Assembly: GCF_009914755.1 (NCBI RefSeq)
Contig: NC_060941.1
Reading direction: 5' to 3' (one strand)
Length of the DNA stretch: 64,000 bases
From: the human T2T-CHM13v2.0 reference genome, Homo sapiens
Under the pieces are notes generated by a model. The model did not search any database, was not told the DNA's origin, and worked only from the letters and a program-made list of their open reading frames with translations. Within the stretch, counting starts at the first letter, position 1; the number at the start of each line of letters is the position of its first letter. The position numbers were made by a program, and so were the translations under genes. Shown here one piece after another: positions 12,517-27,115 of the stretch.

Positions 12517-14308
12517 GAAAATTGGTATTAAGAAGTGTGGCTATTGCTATAACAAATATCTGAAAATGTGGAAATGGCTTTGGGACTAGGTAATGGGTAG
12601 AGGTTGGCAGAATTTGGCAGGTCAGGCTATAAAAAGCCTATATTGCAATAAATGAAGCATTAACCCATTTATGCCTGAGGTGGCAATTTTTTTTAATTTT
12701 TGCAATCAGACCTTGGTGATGACCTTGAGTGCTAGGATATAAATAACTACCACATGCTTAGTGTTCCAATAATGGAACACTAGGCATAATTAAGGGCAAT
12801 TCTGGTGAGGGCTCATAAGAAGAAAAAAGTCATAGGGAAAGCCAAAATCTTAGCAACTACTTGAGTAGTCATAATCAGAATGTTGGTAGAAATATGGGTG
12901 GTAAAGGCCATTCTGAAGAGGTCTCAGACAGAAATGAGGAAGAAGACATTGGAAACTGGAATAAAGGCCATCCCTTTTATATAGTTGCAAATAACTTGAT
13001 GACACTGAGGACAATGGACTTTGTGGAAGGCAGAACTTAGGAGTGATGAACTAGGATATCTGGTAGAAGAAATATCTAAGCAGCAAAGCATTCAAGGTGC
13101 TGTATGGCTTCTTTTGGCCACTTACAGTAAAATGAGAGAAGAGAGAAATATTTTAAAGATGGGATTTATAATTAAAAGGAAAGCAGAAAATACAAATTTT
13201 GTAAATGTCCAGCTTGGCCACATAAAGAATGAAAGAGTATGTTTAGGAAAGCAAACTAGGGTGTATACAAGTGACCATTTGCTAAAGAGACTAATAGAAT
13301 AGAAGGGAGGCAGGGGCTATTTACCAAAAGAATAGGAGAAAGACCCTGAAGGCATTTCAGAGGTCTTCCAGGATGTCCTTTCCATCTAGGGCCTTGAGAG
13401 AAGGGTTTCCAAAGAAGTGCCCAGAGGACCTCAGCATTCACTGCCCTGCACCACCTTTGGGACTCTGCTCCCCACATTTTGGCACAGTACTCTTTGGTTG
13501 CCCCAGCTGTGGCTCAGGCAGGCCCAAGTGCAGCTCGTACTCCTGCTTCAGAGGTACACCTTGGTGGTGTTTACAGGGTGCTATTTCTGCAGGTGTGCAG
13601 AAAGCAAAGCTGTGGAGGTATCGTGGCCTCTACTTAGATTTCAAATAATGTATTGGAGAGCTTGGGAGCCCAGGAAGAGAACTTATCCTGGAGTTAAGTC
13701 ACTGCAGAAAGTTCCCACTAGGGCAATTCCTAGTGGAGTCATGGGCATGGGGTACCCAGCATGCAACTCCAGCCTGGGAAAGCTGCAAGACAAGACTCCA
13801 ACCTGTGAGAGAATAAGTGGATTGAGCCTAGCACAGCCATAGCAATGGGGCTGCCTGAGGCGTTAGGGGCCCAACCTCCACCCTTGTGTGCCCGGGATGC
13901 AGGACATGGAGTCAAAGCAGATTATTCTCCAGCTTTAAGACTTCGTGTTTTCCCTGCTGGTTTTTGGACCTACTAGAGACCAGTTACCCCTTTCTTCTTC
14001 TCTATTTCTCCCTTTTGTAATGGACATATCTATCCTGTGCCTGTCCCATCATTGTACTTTGTAAGTGTATAACTTGTTAATTTCACAGGCTCACAGCTTG
14101 TCTCAAAGCTTCTCTTCAAATTCACAGAAAATAATTTATCTCAGGACAAATCCTTGGGTCTCCCTTATGTCTGATTTAGATAAGAAGACTTTGGAGTTTG
14201 GACTTTCGAGTTGATGCTGGAATAAGTTAGGACCTTTGGGACTATTGGGATAGAATGAAGGTATTTTCCATATGAAAAGAACATGAATTTTTGGAGCCAG
14301 AAGCCAAA
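12517..14308 (+). mobile_element. MST internal region (MaLR-int)
   Basis: Begins gaaaattggta; ORF 13021-13302 (WKAELRSDELGYLVEEISKQQSIQGAVWLLL) is the typical decayed MaLR internal frame; bracketed by two LTRs. Confidence 0.88.
12664..12789 (-). mobile_element. MER85 piggyBac MITE nested in MST-int
   Basis: TTAA TSDs at 12660-12663 and 12790-12793; TIR cccatttatgcct; body gcaatcagaccttggtgatgaccttgag; palindrome gttccaataatggaac at 12763-12778. Strand is relative to PGBD3 orientation. Confidence 0.93.
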
Positions 14309-14675
14309 TGCTGTGGTTTGAATGTGTCCCCCAAAGTTCCTGTGCTGGAAACTTAATCCTTAATGCAACGGTGTTGAGAGATGGGACTTTTAAGAGGTGC
14401 TTAGTTCATGATGGCTCTTGCCCTTGTGAATAAATTAATGTCATTATCCCAGGAGTAGGCTCCTGATACAAGAATGAGTTTGGCCCCCTTCGCTCTCTCT
14501 CTCTCATCCATGTGATGCCTTCCACCATGTTATGACACAGCAAGAAGGCCCTCACCAGATGCAGCCCCTCAATCTTGGACTTTCCAGCTTCTGGAACCAT
14601 CAGCCAATAAAGTTTCTGTTCATCATAAATTACCCAGTCTGTGGTACTGTTATAGCAGCACAAAATAAATAGATG
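14309..14675 (+). mobile_element. MST 3' LTR
   Basis: tgctgtggtttgaatgtgtcccccaaag...agccaataaagtttctgttcatcataaattacccagtctgtggtactgttatagcagcacaaaa. Confidence 0.9.
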
Positions 14676-15777
14676 CCCCCACCCATTCATAGGACAAGGC
14701 CCTCAATGAGCTGCATCACCCACAAAAGACCTCTCTGGTCTCACTTCTTCCTATGCCCTTCCCCTGTCCTTGCTCACTGGCTCCAGCCACACAAGCCTCT
14801 CCTGTCTCAGGACCTTTGCATGGACTGGTCCTTATACCTGGGTGTGGGATCCACTTGACTTATTGCTATAGCTCTAGCAATGGGGCTTAACATGGGTTCA
14901 AGAAATAGCTGTGGAATGAAGTTCAACTCTTTCTCTCATCATTCTTTCTACCTTGTACCTTTTTCCTCAGTGTTTTATCCTCCAGAGCCCACTCTAGAAT
15001 CCTCGCAGGGGCTCTAAGAGGAAGGCCTGAGCCCTTTCCCAATATCTCTTATGCAGAGAGGGAGCTGGAGGGCACAGAGTGTGAACATTTTCAAAATCCC
15101 ATGCCAGTCTTCCTAGCTCTGCATTTCCCCACCACCTCCAGAAGCCCCATCTTCCTCTGTGTGCCATGCTTTTCTCAGCCCTCCAGGCAAGAGTGATGAA
15201 GTCACTGTTGTTATTCACTGTGACTGGTTGTCATGGCAACAGGGCCAACACACATCCACAGAGCCCCCGTTTAGTGTGCACCAGGGGTTTAGCAAGGTGG
15301 CAGTGGTGGTGGTGGGAGTGGTGGGGGTGTTGGGCTGCTTGTATGGGTTTCCCCACTAAGGAGGCATCTGGGGAGAGAGCCTGATTGGGACTCCAGGACA
15401 GTGGCATGTGCTTACACACTGCTTGGAAGGAGCATGATCCCAACACAAAGGCACCATTAACTGCAGAGAAGCTTGCACAGGGGCCAGCTAGTTGCAGCCC
15501 CTGGGAAAAGGTGCTTTTTGGATCATGGCCTGATAGGCTGTCTTCCTCTGCCTGGGACTTGGCTGATCTGGCCCAGCACCCAGAAGAGAAGACAGAGAGA
15601 GAAACAGACAAGAGAGAAATAAATGCATGGAAAAGTGAGGACATGAGGCCACTCACCTGTTTAAACCCAGATGTGGGCTCTTGTTAACTGCTGGGGTTGG
15701 GTCAGAAAAGGAGAAGTCAAAACTGGATTCTAGATCCTTCCCCTGAGATAAAGGACTGACCCATCTATATGAGTTAC

Positions 15778-16150
15778 ATATTAGTTAAAGTAGTATTAAC
15801 TGCTGTAAAAGATAAACTCCTAGATTTCAGTTATTTAACCCAATAGAAGTTCATTCCCCACTCTACACAAAGTCTAATCAGCATTACTGAAGGCAGAAGG
15901 AGTGGAAGAGTGCTCAGGGCCCCAGGCTGATAACAAGTCTGCCAAAATCAGGTGGTTTCCAAGGTTGTCTTGGACCTTGGCATCCAGCAGACAGACTGTG
16001 AGGAAAAGCAGAGGGTCACATGGGAGGTTTTCAGGACTGGTCTGAAAGTGGGCTGCCTCACTCTGCCCACATCCCATTGGCTGGAACTGTCACATGGCCC
16101 TACCTAGCTGCAAGGCGGCCTAGAAAATGTAGTCTAGTTATCTGGTCAGA
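15778..16150 (-). mobile_element. MLT1 (J/K-like) LTR
   Basis: tattagtta...ctgctgtaaaagataaactcc...gcccacatcccattggctggaactgtcacatggcc...aaatgtagtctag. Confidence 0.7.
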
Positions 16151-17076
16151 GTCTCTGCTGCAGGCTGAAAGGGAGCCTGGCCCTGGAGGCTGTGTCAAGG
16201 AAATGGACTAGAGGTGGACATTGCCCACAGCCAGACAGGAAGGGGCCCCCAGGCATGCAAAAAATACCTAGTGATAAGAACCATTCAGAATTAGAATCCA
16301 GATTGGCCTGACTCCAAAATCTTTGGTTGTTTGTATTCTGAGGCTTCCTCCTATAGGAACTTCCTGGATTCTGTTGAAAGGAGAAAGGAGAGAAGGTAGG
16401 GAAGAGGTGGAGTGGACTGGAGAGCAGGTGGTGATGAAGTGTCAGCCTGGTCTAGCTCCTTGGGTGCCCTGTAAGCTTTGCCCACGTTTAGGTGCTCATG
16501 AGGGTTTCCGCTGGAAACTCCCTTACCATTCCCTTTGAAGCTAGACGAGAACTCAGGTTAATGTGCACAACGGTGGCATGGCAAACAGTTGTGGAGCACA
16601 GGGATGGAACACAAATGACAGCACAACAGAATCCAGGAACGTTTGGTCCAAACTGACAGGGCATTCCACCTGAGGGGTGGAGTGAATTGGGTCCTCAGAG
16701 AAAGAGGCGAGGGGGTTAGATTTTCATCCTGGAGGTGGCTGGAGGAAGAGCAGCCCAGGAGAGCCAGGTAGATGGGCACAGGAAAGACCGCTAAAAGGAG
16801 AGGATGGAGGGGTCTCAGGATGGAAGGGAGGCCCATGTCAGACCCACCTAAGCCTTTGGTGTCAGGCTTTTCAAAGGTGGGGCTTCAGTGTGAAAAATCT
16901 CCCCCCTAAAACTCGTTCTTTCCCTGAGTGGTATAATGAGGCTCAGAAGGAGGAATTAGGATGTTTCCAAAGTCACAAAGCTAGTTAGAATCAGACCCCA
17001 GCCTAGAACCTTCATCTCATATCTCCTGGGTCAGTGGTTGTTCTACTTCTATAATTGCCCTACACACATATATTAC

Positions 17077-17081
<5 letters not shown>

Positions 17082-17111
<30 letters not shown>
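17082..17111 (+). repeat. (TC)15 microsatellite
   Basis: Direct reading. Confidence 0.95.
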
Positions 17112-17117
<6 letters not shown>

Positions 17118-18649
17118 TGAGGAACCCAGGTAGACTTTGAATCTCCAGCAGAAATCCTGACACTCTGACAGTTGGAGGCTGATTTAGCTGCATGTTCTCA
17201 TAATTGAGTCTGTAACTTGCACAGATCTAATCCATATTTATAATCTTACGTTTGGCAAGTGATACCTTCTGTGTCTGCCGGCATGGCAAGAGCCCTGGCT
17301 ACAGGTTGCAGTGCAGAAGCGGGTCTCTGCTGCAGCGGGGAGCCCAGGAAGGAAGACCCGTCTCATCTCTGAGAATGACAGTGCTCTCCCTGAGTAGCTC
17401 CTGTGCAGGGTCTGTTTAAAAACCCTCAGTGATATGCAAAAAGAGGGTAGGAGAGAAGTTGCCTGATCTAAATTATATAAATTCTGAATTATAGAGAACT
17501 TTTAAAGATAGTAGTTTTTATCACTTTCAAGGCATTCAGGAACCAAATGGACAGATAGGAAGCAAAACAAGCTCAATTAGAGGCACTCTGAGGACCGCTT
17601 TAATGAATAGAAAGAAAGTCCTGTGTAATTAACATGCTTTATGCTGCTAAACTGGTATTCCATGTGTTGAAAGCTACCTTTTTAAAAAAAGAAATATGAA
17701 ATTATGGGGTGGCAACAATGTATACTATTGCTCTGCATGAAGAACTCTGATTTGCATGTAGTAAAAAAACACTGGCCGAGACCAGACTATCAACAGCGCT
17801 AACCAAGGAGATTCTAGATCCCGCTGCAAACCTTAGACACAGCACGTCCTGCCTCCGGCCCCCAGCCTCAGCCCAAACTGGGTCCCTGGCAGCCTTGCCA
17901 TGCATTCATGCTCATCCCCCTGTCTTAGACATAGCACCCTTTTCTAGCATGCTCCCCCTGTCCCCACTGAGTCTCGGGCAAGCCTCTGAACTCACCAGCT
18001 CCCACTTTCCTGGGGTGAGTGGCACAGGCACAGGAGATATTACAATGACACAGCCGTGAGACTGCCATTGATTTCCAGCTCTCAGTCTCTGCTTTAATCC
18101 ATATTTTTATTAAACTTTTTTGTGCAGGAAGGAATATTTAGGGAAAACCATGAAGGGCTGTCAGGCGCTGTTATTAGTCTTCTCAGCTACCACCAATGAG
18201 CTGTTCCAGGCAGAAATATTTGCCATCAGACAGCGGACCCAGGGGCCAGCTTGGAAGCAGAGCTGATTTGGCCGACAGAAAGGAGAATAAAAGACGATTC
18301 TCGAGATGCCAGGAGGACAATGGGAGCAGCAGTTTCCAATTTATTTCACTTCTATTGAACTCTTTTTAGACCTCAGTTCCCACATCTGGTGAGTTGGCGC
18401 CATCCTTCTCTTAGAATTACTGAGGCTTATTGCTGGGGTTTAGAGAGCATCCAAATCACTCCACACAGCTTTATTTGGACCTTTCCAGGTGTGAAGCTTG
18501 GGGCTAGGTGCTGAAATACAGAGGCATACGGGCTCCACAGCAGTTCATGCAAAACTCCTTTCTTCCACTAGAGTTCAAGGCTAAGTCTTTAAAGATGCCC
18601 CCTCCAACCTACCACCTTGGAACTGCTTCTATTTTTATGTTTATTACAG

Positions 18650-18790
18650 TATTAATGTGGTCTGTGCTTCTTCTCCAACTACACTGTTGAGGGCATGGCA
18701 GTGTCTATGTATGTAGCATAGTGCCTGGCAGATCCTGGACACCAAGAGCATATTTACTGATTCATGAATGAATGAATGAATGAATGAACA
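18650..18790 (+). mobile_element. L2 3' terminus with (TGAA)n tail
   Basis: tagcatagtgcctggca...tgaatgaatgaatgaatgaac. Confidence 0.75.
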
Positions 18791-20049
18791 AATGGCTTAA
18801 TGCACCACACTGAAACATTCAAATCCTGTAGTACATGTTGAGAAGGAGGAGGGTATATACCAAGGGAAGGCAAGATGCCAACAAAGGGGGCTGAGAACTC
18901 CAACCCAGGGTCTGGAGGTCCTGAGGATCTCCTTGCTTCTTTCACACTTCCATCCAATCCCATTCTGTGGTCACAGTGCCTCCTAGGCTCATCCTAGTCT
19001 ATGCCTCTGCTGATTCTCCACCAGTGTGGGTGTTGCAGAGCAGTAAAGGTGTGCAGTGTGAGAACAGCAGAGCTATTCTCTGGGGGAGAGGTTGGAGGAG
19101 CATGTACCAAGCCCCTGCTGAATCCCTAGTACCAATTTGACCCAGTGGCTGAGCATCCTGCAGAAAATCAAGACACTCCTGATCGGGAGGAGCATTAATT
19201 AGGATCACAGGACCCAGGGGCATGGAACAGCCTGAGCATGTTTTAGGGAGCAGACCAATAAAAGCCAAGGAACAAGGTAGGAACAACAACCCAGGGTGTG
19301 CAGGATAGCTTATAATGCTCTCTGCCCAAACGCAACCTCCTGGGGGAACGTGAGCAGTGAGCAATGAATAAATCGGGAAGAAACATCAACCCTGAGGGTG
19401 TAAGGCAGGGAGGAAACTCACATTAGGGACCACCTACTAGGGCCAGGCTCTGGGCTCACTACTCTGGATGCAACCCCAGTGGCCCCCTCCCACACTCCCT
19501 GCACTGATTTGGAGGCCAAAGTCTCTTCTCATTACACCCACTGCAGCAGAATCCGGCAGTCCCTAGAGGACTCCGAGGCGATCTTTCGAAAGCTGTTTGC
19601 TCTTTCCCTTGGGAAATGGGCCATGGTTGTATTTTTCTTTCTCATTTTCTGTGTGGGAATGATAACAGTAAGAATGATGTCTACATCTCCCCGATGAGGG
19701 AAACAGTGGCGGCATCTGTCTGTCACTGATCCCTGCCTTGTGACTCTCCATCAGCTCAAGTCATAGGTGACTTTCATTCATAAAGAGAGCTGCCCTAGAC
19801 TCTAGCAAAGGAGCTTTGGACCACTCACTACAGAAATCTGAGCAAAATTGTGGCTGAGAATGAGGCTACCTGTGACCCATCTGGGCACCGCATTCTTAGA
19901 ACATCAGCAATCAGGAGTGTCCCTGGGACTCAAATGAAGACCCTAATAGGAACTTCTGGAGGGACTGAGCTAGTTTAAGCTGCAGATAGGAAGCCTTCAA
20001 CCTAAAGGAAGTGTTCAACCGGAAGACTTTGCCTTCAACCTAAAGGATC

Positions 20050-20225
20050 CTACCCATGGGCTGTCAGGACAAGAGGAATGGGACTTACTCCATGCAACCT
20101 AACGGACAGAAGCAGAGTCAACAGGTGGAAGTTATAGGAAATACAATCGGGCCAAGGAAAGGAAGGTATTGGGACTCTCAAAAGATGGGCTCAGCATGAT
20201 GGCAGCTTGTGTCTCTCTAAGCAGA
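20050..20225 (+). mobile_element. CR1/L3 fragment
   Basis: ggacagaagcagagtcaacaggtggaagttatagga resembles the L3 3' region. Confidence 0.45.
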
Positions 20226-21169
20226 ACACCCCATGAGAATGGCGTTACATAGGCTTCCCATGTGCTTATTTCCTTTAACTCTCCACGTTCCCATGAGAAG
20301 GATCAAGCTCACACTATTGCCCTTTTTTAGAGGGTGAGTGTGAGGTTCTGAGAGGTCGAGTAGTAGAATTATCTCCCCCAGTATGGGGTAGATCTGGGTT
20401 TGATCCCAGTCTGCTGCTCCTTCCAGTAGGCCCTAAGGCCTAGAGTTCATATAAAAGTCTCAGGAATGTTGGAAGAGACTCATATATTTTCGGCATCTCC
20501 AACTGTAGGTCGTAGGAATCCACACATCTAGGTATGTGGATTTTTAACTGGGTGAACTCAGTTCTGGCCACTTGACTGCCCTGAGCCTCCATATCCTTAT
20601 ATGCATGGTGGGGTGGAATTGCCTTCCTCCCAGGATTAGTAGTGCCTGGGGGGTCTCTGAGACCCAACCCAGGATGATACAGTGCTGGGAACTCTGGGAT
20701 TCTGTTTACTCTCTGGGCACCAGTTGAGAAGCAACACAGGTCTCCTTTGCTCTAAGATCCCAAAGATTTGAGGAAGAGGAGAGCTTTTGTGCTCTCCTTG
20801 CCTCTCTGAATTAAATGGGTATATAATAGGATACAGAGCCCTTCACCAGTATTAAGAACTTCCTTACTTCTTCTGCATTCGTTCTTCCTATACCTTACCT
20901 GGCTCAGCCTAATTTTATTTCCTTCCAAGTCTTCTTAATGTATATTTGGACTTTGGCTCTTTAGCCCAAAGACCTAGGAAATGATGTCATTATCCTCTAG
21001 TTCTACCCTGGCAATTCTGCTAAAGCAACAGGTATCTTACTTTTTGTCTGCCCAGATAGTGAGAATCATGGGGCAGTGGGTGTGAAGGAGGTGGGGGCAC
21101 ATCAGGCAAGCTCTTCACAAATATCATCCTGCCACAAAGACATGTCTTCACTCTATGTACTTACTTCTC

Positions 21170-21810
21170 CCTATCTCTTTGGACGCTGTTGTGACTTAAC
21201 CATCATCTCCCACCTGAACTACTACAACAGAATTTTAAAAGCTTTCCCTCTTAGTTCCCTCCAATCCATTTTCCTCAGGGATGCCAAATTTATCTTTGTA
21301 CAAGGCAAAACTGTGTCATGTCAATCCTCTGCTTAAGAGACACTGACGGCTTCCCAATGCACTTGGGATAAACCACAGAATCCCTGCCTGCTCCCGCTCC
21401 ACTCCTGCAGCCTGTCTAAACTCATCGTGACTGCCCTCCCACTTGCCCTCCGAGTCACAGTCATTTGGGCCTCCCTCCAGTTCCTCGAGCACACCAAGGA
21501 CATTCCTTCACACATGTTGGTTCTTCTTCCTGGAATTCTTCACATCCTGATCCTCCCGTGTTTCCTCCCTAGCTCATCCTTCAAGCATCAGGTTAAATGC
21601 TGCCCCCAAGCTCAACCCAGTAGAAGCCTTCCTGCAACCCCAGTCTAAACTGGATCTCCCCTGAAATTCCCTCCCTCTTATTCTTCACTGATTTTATCAT
21701 AGCTTGGAGTTAAGATTCATTTTGGGGTTTGGTTGTTCCTTCCAAAATGTAAGCTCTGTGAAGCAGACATTGCTGTCTTTTCAGCCTTGCACCTGTTAAA
21801 GAAGCTCACC
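21170..21810 (+). mobile_element. L2 fragment
   Basis: catcatctcccacctgaactact...ctccaatccatttt...tcatccttcaagcatcagg...aatgtaagctctgtgaagcaga. Confidence 0.75.
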
Positions 21811-22122
21811 TTATCTGTGGGGCACATGAAGAAGAAAGGAGAGGGAGAAGAAAAAGGAAAGGGAAATGACAGTAAAATGTAGAAGGGAGAGAAGAGTAGG
21901 AAAAGCAAGAAGGATAAGAGAGGAAGGAGAGAGGGGTTGAGGAAGGAAAAAGAGGTAGAGGAGGGGAGGGGGGAAAATAAGAACCAGAGTCTCTCTAGCT
22001 GGCCACAGGCTTCCCCCTCCTCCCGGTGAGCAGCCTGGGAGTCGGCTTGATTGCTGGCACCCTCGCCTGACAGATGGAGCTTGTGCACCCACCATCTCTC
22101 TTCACTGGGACCCTGGACAGAG

Positions 22123-22125
<3 letters not shown>

Positions 22126-22159
<34 letters not shown>
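22126..22159 (+). repeat. (CA)17 microsatellite
   Basis: Direct reading. Confidence 0.97.
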
Positions 22160-22161
<2 letters not shown>

Positions 22162-22199
22162 TATATGCACACACAACTGGATGCATGCCTTGAGTCTGA

Positions 22200-22526
<327 letters not shown>

Positions 22527-22672
22527 ACCGCCCATTGCCCCGCAATTTTGCCTCTTAACCTGGGCTCCTTTCCCTAATGGTCTGAGTATTATTTTTCTTT
22601 TTTTGGACATAACAAAAGGCATAAAGAAAGGACAGGACACAATTGGAAGGTACACCATACAAATGATGCCTA

Positions 22673-23022
<350 letters not shown>

Positions 23023-23509
23023 TTAGCACAGAAACCCTGTAATTCCCTCCAGGCATCTAGGAATCTGGTGGACCAGCAGACTGATTTCTGGGAATTGGTG
23101 TGGTGGCTGAGCAGGAACTCACAATCTGCTAAATTCCCCAGACTTCAACTAATCAGGGAGGTGAGAGAAAGCTTCTTAGACCTCTGCTTCCCTGCTGCTA
23201 GCTGCTGCTTTCCCAACTAGCCCTCCTGGTGCTGCCTGGTCCCCTTCCCTTTCCCCCTCTCCTGTCCAGATTTAAACACCAGCATCTCTAAGCCTCAGAG
23301 TCCTGGTCTGTGCTGGATGGTGGATGACTGGCCATTAAAAAGTACTGGTTTTGGCTCCAGAAACCTGGGCTCTGATCTATGTTCTGCAAGCTCACACGCG
23401 ACCCTTCCCCTCTCTGGAATCCAGATTGCTCATCTGTAAGATGGCCTTCAATAACCCTGGGATCCAGACCTTGTGTTCTATGGTTCCAGTTAGCCTGCTG
23501 ATAGGGCCC

Positions 23510-23924
23510 CATATCCGTCAGTTGTTGCTGATAACAAAAACCTTAAAATCTCAGTGGCTTCCAACAGTAATTATTTTTATGTTCACTGGTCTGTAGGTTG
23601 ACTGAAGTTTGGCTGATCTGGGCTAGGCTAGGCAGGGTCAATCCAGAGCCCAGGTCAAGTGAGATTCAAATTTGCTCCACGTATTCTTATTCTGATGCCC
23701 AGACTAAAGGGGCAGTGGCCATCTGGAGCAAGATCTTCTCATGGCAGATCACAGGGGTGTGAGAAGTTAAGCTAGATTGTGCAAGCACATGCAAAACCTC
23801 TGCTCACATAGCATCCACTAAAATCCCATTGCCCTAGGAGAGTCACATGACCAAGGCCAACTCAATGGGGTGGAGGAATATTCTCTGGTTGCTCTAGTGG
23901 GAAGTGGTGCAAAGTAGCAAAAGG
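23510..23924 (-). mobile_element. MLT1 LTR (interrupted by MLT2)
   Basis: taacaaaaaccttaaaatctcagtggctt...atcccattgcc...agtcacatgaccaaggcca. Confidence 0.7.
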
Positions 23925-24374
23925 TGTATTAGTTTGAGTTCTTACTATAAGGAATTGGCTCATGCAGTTATAGAGGCTCAGAAGTCCAAGATCTGCAGCC
24001 AGCAAGCTGGATACCCAGGAGAGCCAATGGTAGAGCTCTAGTTAGAGTCTGAAGGCCTGAGGACCAGAAGGGCTGATACAGTAAATTCTAGTCCAAGTCC
24101 ACGTCTGAAGGAAGAAGACTGATGTCCCAGCTTAAAGGCAATGAAACAGAGAGAAGGAATTCTTTCTTACTCAGCCTTATATTCTATTCAGGCCTTCAAT
24201 GGATTAAATGAGGCCCACCCACATTGCAGAGGGCAATCTGCTTTACTCAGTCTACTGGTTTAAATGTCAATCTTATCCAGAAACACCCTCACAGACACAC
24301 TAAAAATAATGTTTGACCAAATATCTGAGCACCCTGTGGCCCAATGAAGTTGACACAAAAAATTGGTCATCACA
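23925..24374 (-). mobile_element. MLT2 (ERVL) solo LTR
   Basis: tgtattagt...aaggaattggctcatgcagttatagaggct...agggcaatctgctttactcagtctac...gttgacacaaaaaattggtcatcaca. Confidence 0.87.
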
Positions 24375-24589
24375 AAGGGCTGATACCTGTGGTTCTTTTA
24401 CCAGGAGTGGGTAGAAAACTCAGAGCAATGAACTGATGCTCTGCAAGGGCTTTGAGAGATTAAAAAAAATGGCAAAAGGGCGTTTTGGGGATCCTGGCCA
24501 AACAATGAGGAAGAGAGTTTGAAGCAAGGATTCTTTTCATGCTCTACACATTTTGTCACATTGAGAGGTACCTATTCTGGGTTTCCTGC

Positions 24590-24946
24590 TTGGAGCAGAG
24601 AGTATCAGTGGTCACCAGTATCCCTGTGCTCCTCTACAGTTCCCAGCCTCCCCTGCAGTTAGATTGGTCACATACTAGTGCTAGCATGTGCGCAGAAGTA
24701 ATCTGTGTCATTTTCAGGCTGAGGTGTGTAAGTATTCACCATGCCATCCCCTTTACCCACTTACACAATGCCAGGACAACCTTGAAGCAACAAGAGGGAA
24801 GACTAATTGCTGGGTGCAGCCTCAATCCCTGAGTCACCATATGGACGAGAGGAGCACAGCTGCATCAGATTGTGTCATGAGCAAGTCACTAGAATTTGGG
24901 ATTTATTTGTTATTACAGCATGGTCCAGAGTATCTTGACAAATACA
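24590..24946 (+). mobile_element. MLT1 LTR
   Basis: ttcccagcctcccctgcagttag...cactagaatttgggatttatttgttattacagcat...ttgacaaataca. Confidence 0.7.
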
Positions 24947-25269
24947 TTGCTGTTGTACTGGCTCCCTGGGTAAGTCCATTATCTCTTCTGTTCCAAATTT
25001 GGACTCACTCATTGATTCACAGGCTATAAGAGTTAATGGGACCATCTGAGCAGACAATGCAGGCAGGAGCAGGAGGAGCTAGTGCAGACATTTCTGGTGC
25101 TTGGCTCCAAGGAGGGAGAGGAATTACCAGAGAGCCTTGGGGTAGCAGTATATGTTATTTTTTAAAACAAAATGACAGTCACTAGTGTGCGAATATGTTG
25201 TTTTAGTATATAGAGATAGAAAACCAACAAAAAACATGGACTACGATTTCCCGGATAACCCCTGCTTTC

Positions 25270-26250
<981 letters not shown>

Positions 26251-26861
26251 GGGTGTCCTTATTATTATCCACTAAAAATCTGTTTCTTGAGCAAACTATT
26301 TTCATTAACAGGCTATGAAATAAATGAAACAGAAAACAATGCAGTGTTCAGAGGGCGTCATCACCTTCAGACGGAGCTGTACCCCGTCAGACTACCCATT
26401 GGTGTTCTCAGGATTCCTGAACTTCTGCCCCAAATCCCTTAACTGATTGCTTACCTGGTGGGTTGGGCTGTACCAAGGTCACCTTTTTCTTCTTCCTTAG
26501 ACTGAGCCAACCCTGCACAGCCAGATCTGTGAGTTCCTTGTCAACAAAGCAATTCAAATACAGGTCAAGAAAATGCTTGATGGAGATGGTACCAAAATAC
26601 ATTTCTGCATCGCCAAGGGGCTAGATGGTATCATGTCTTGAGTTTATTTATTTTTTGAAAACTTATCTGCTATATTTTTTCTGATTAAAAAAATACCTTT
26701 GATGTGAAATCAAAAAATACAGAAAAATACAAATAAGAAAGCACAAATTGTTTGCAGTCCTGCCATCCAGTGTCACACACTGGTGTATAGGTTTCTTGTC
26801 CTTTTAAACACACACCCACATGCACATACATACATTTACCAAAATCATTAGATATTCTTCC

Positions 26862-27115
26862 AGAGGGAGTATAACAGAGTGGTTAATAGTATGGACTCTT
26901 GAATCAGATAGCTTGGGTTTATATCTCAACTCTGCCACTTTCCAGCTGTGGGACTATGGGCAAGTCACTTTTATTCTCAAGACCTCAATTTTGTCATCCT
27001 TAAAGTGCGCGTAATAATAGCATCCACTTCATAGGCTTGCTGTGTCTGTCAATGCATTAATTACAAGTCAAACTGGCAAATGGGAAGAGCCATATAGGTT
27101 CTTACTTTTTTATTA
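26862..27115 (+). mobile_element. MIR (between L1ME fragments)
   Basis: gagtggttaatagtatggactcttgaatcagatagcttgggtt...ctctgccactttccagctgtgggactatgggcaagtcactt. Confidence 0.78.

Noticed and set aside
13021-13842. ORFs inside the MST provirus as host genes
   Set aside because: Decayed MaLR internal sequence, fragmented by stops and frameshifts
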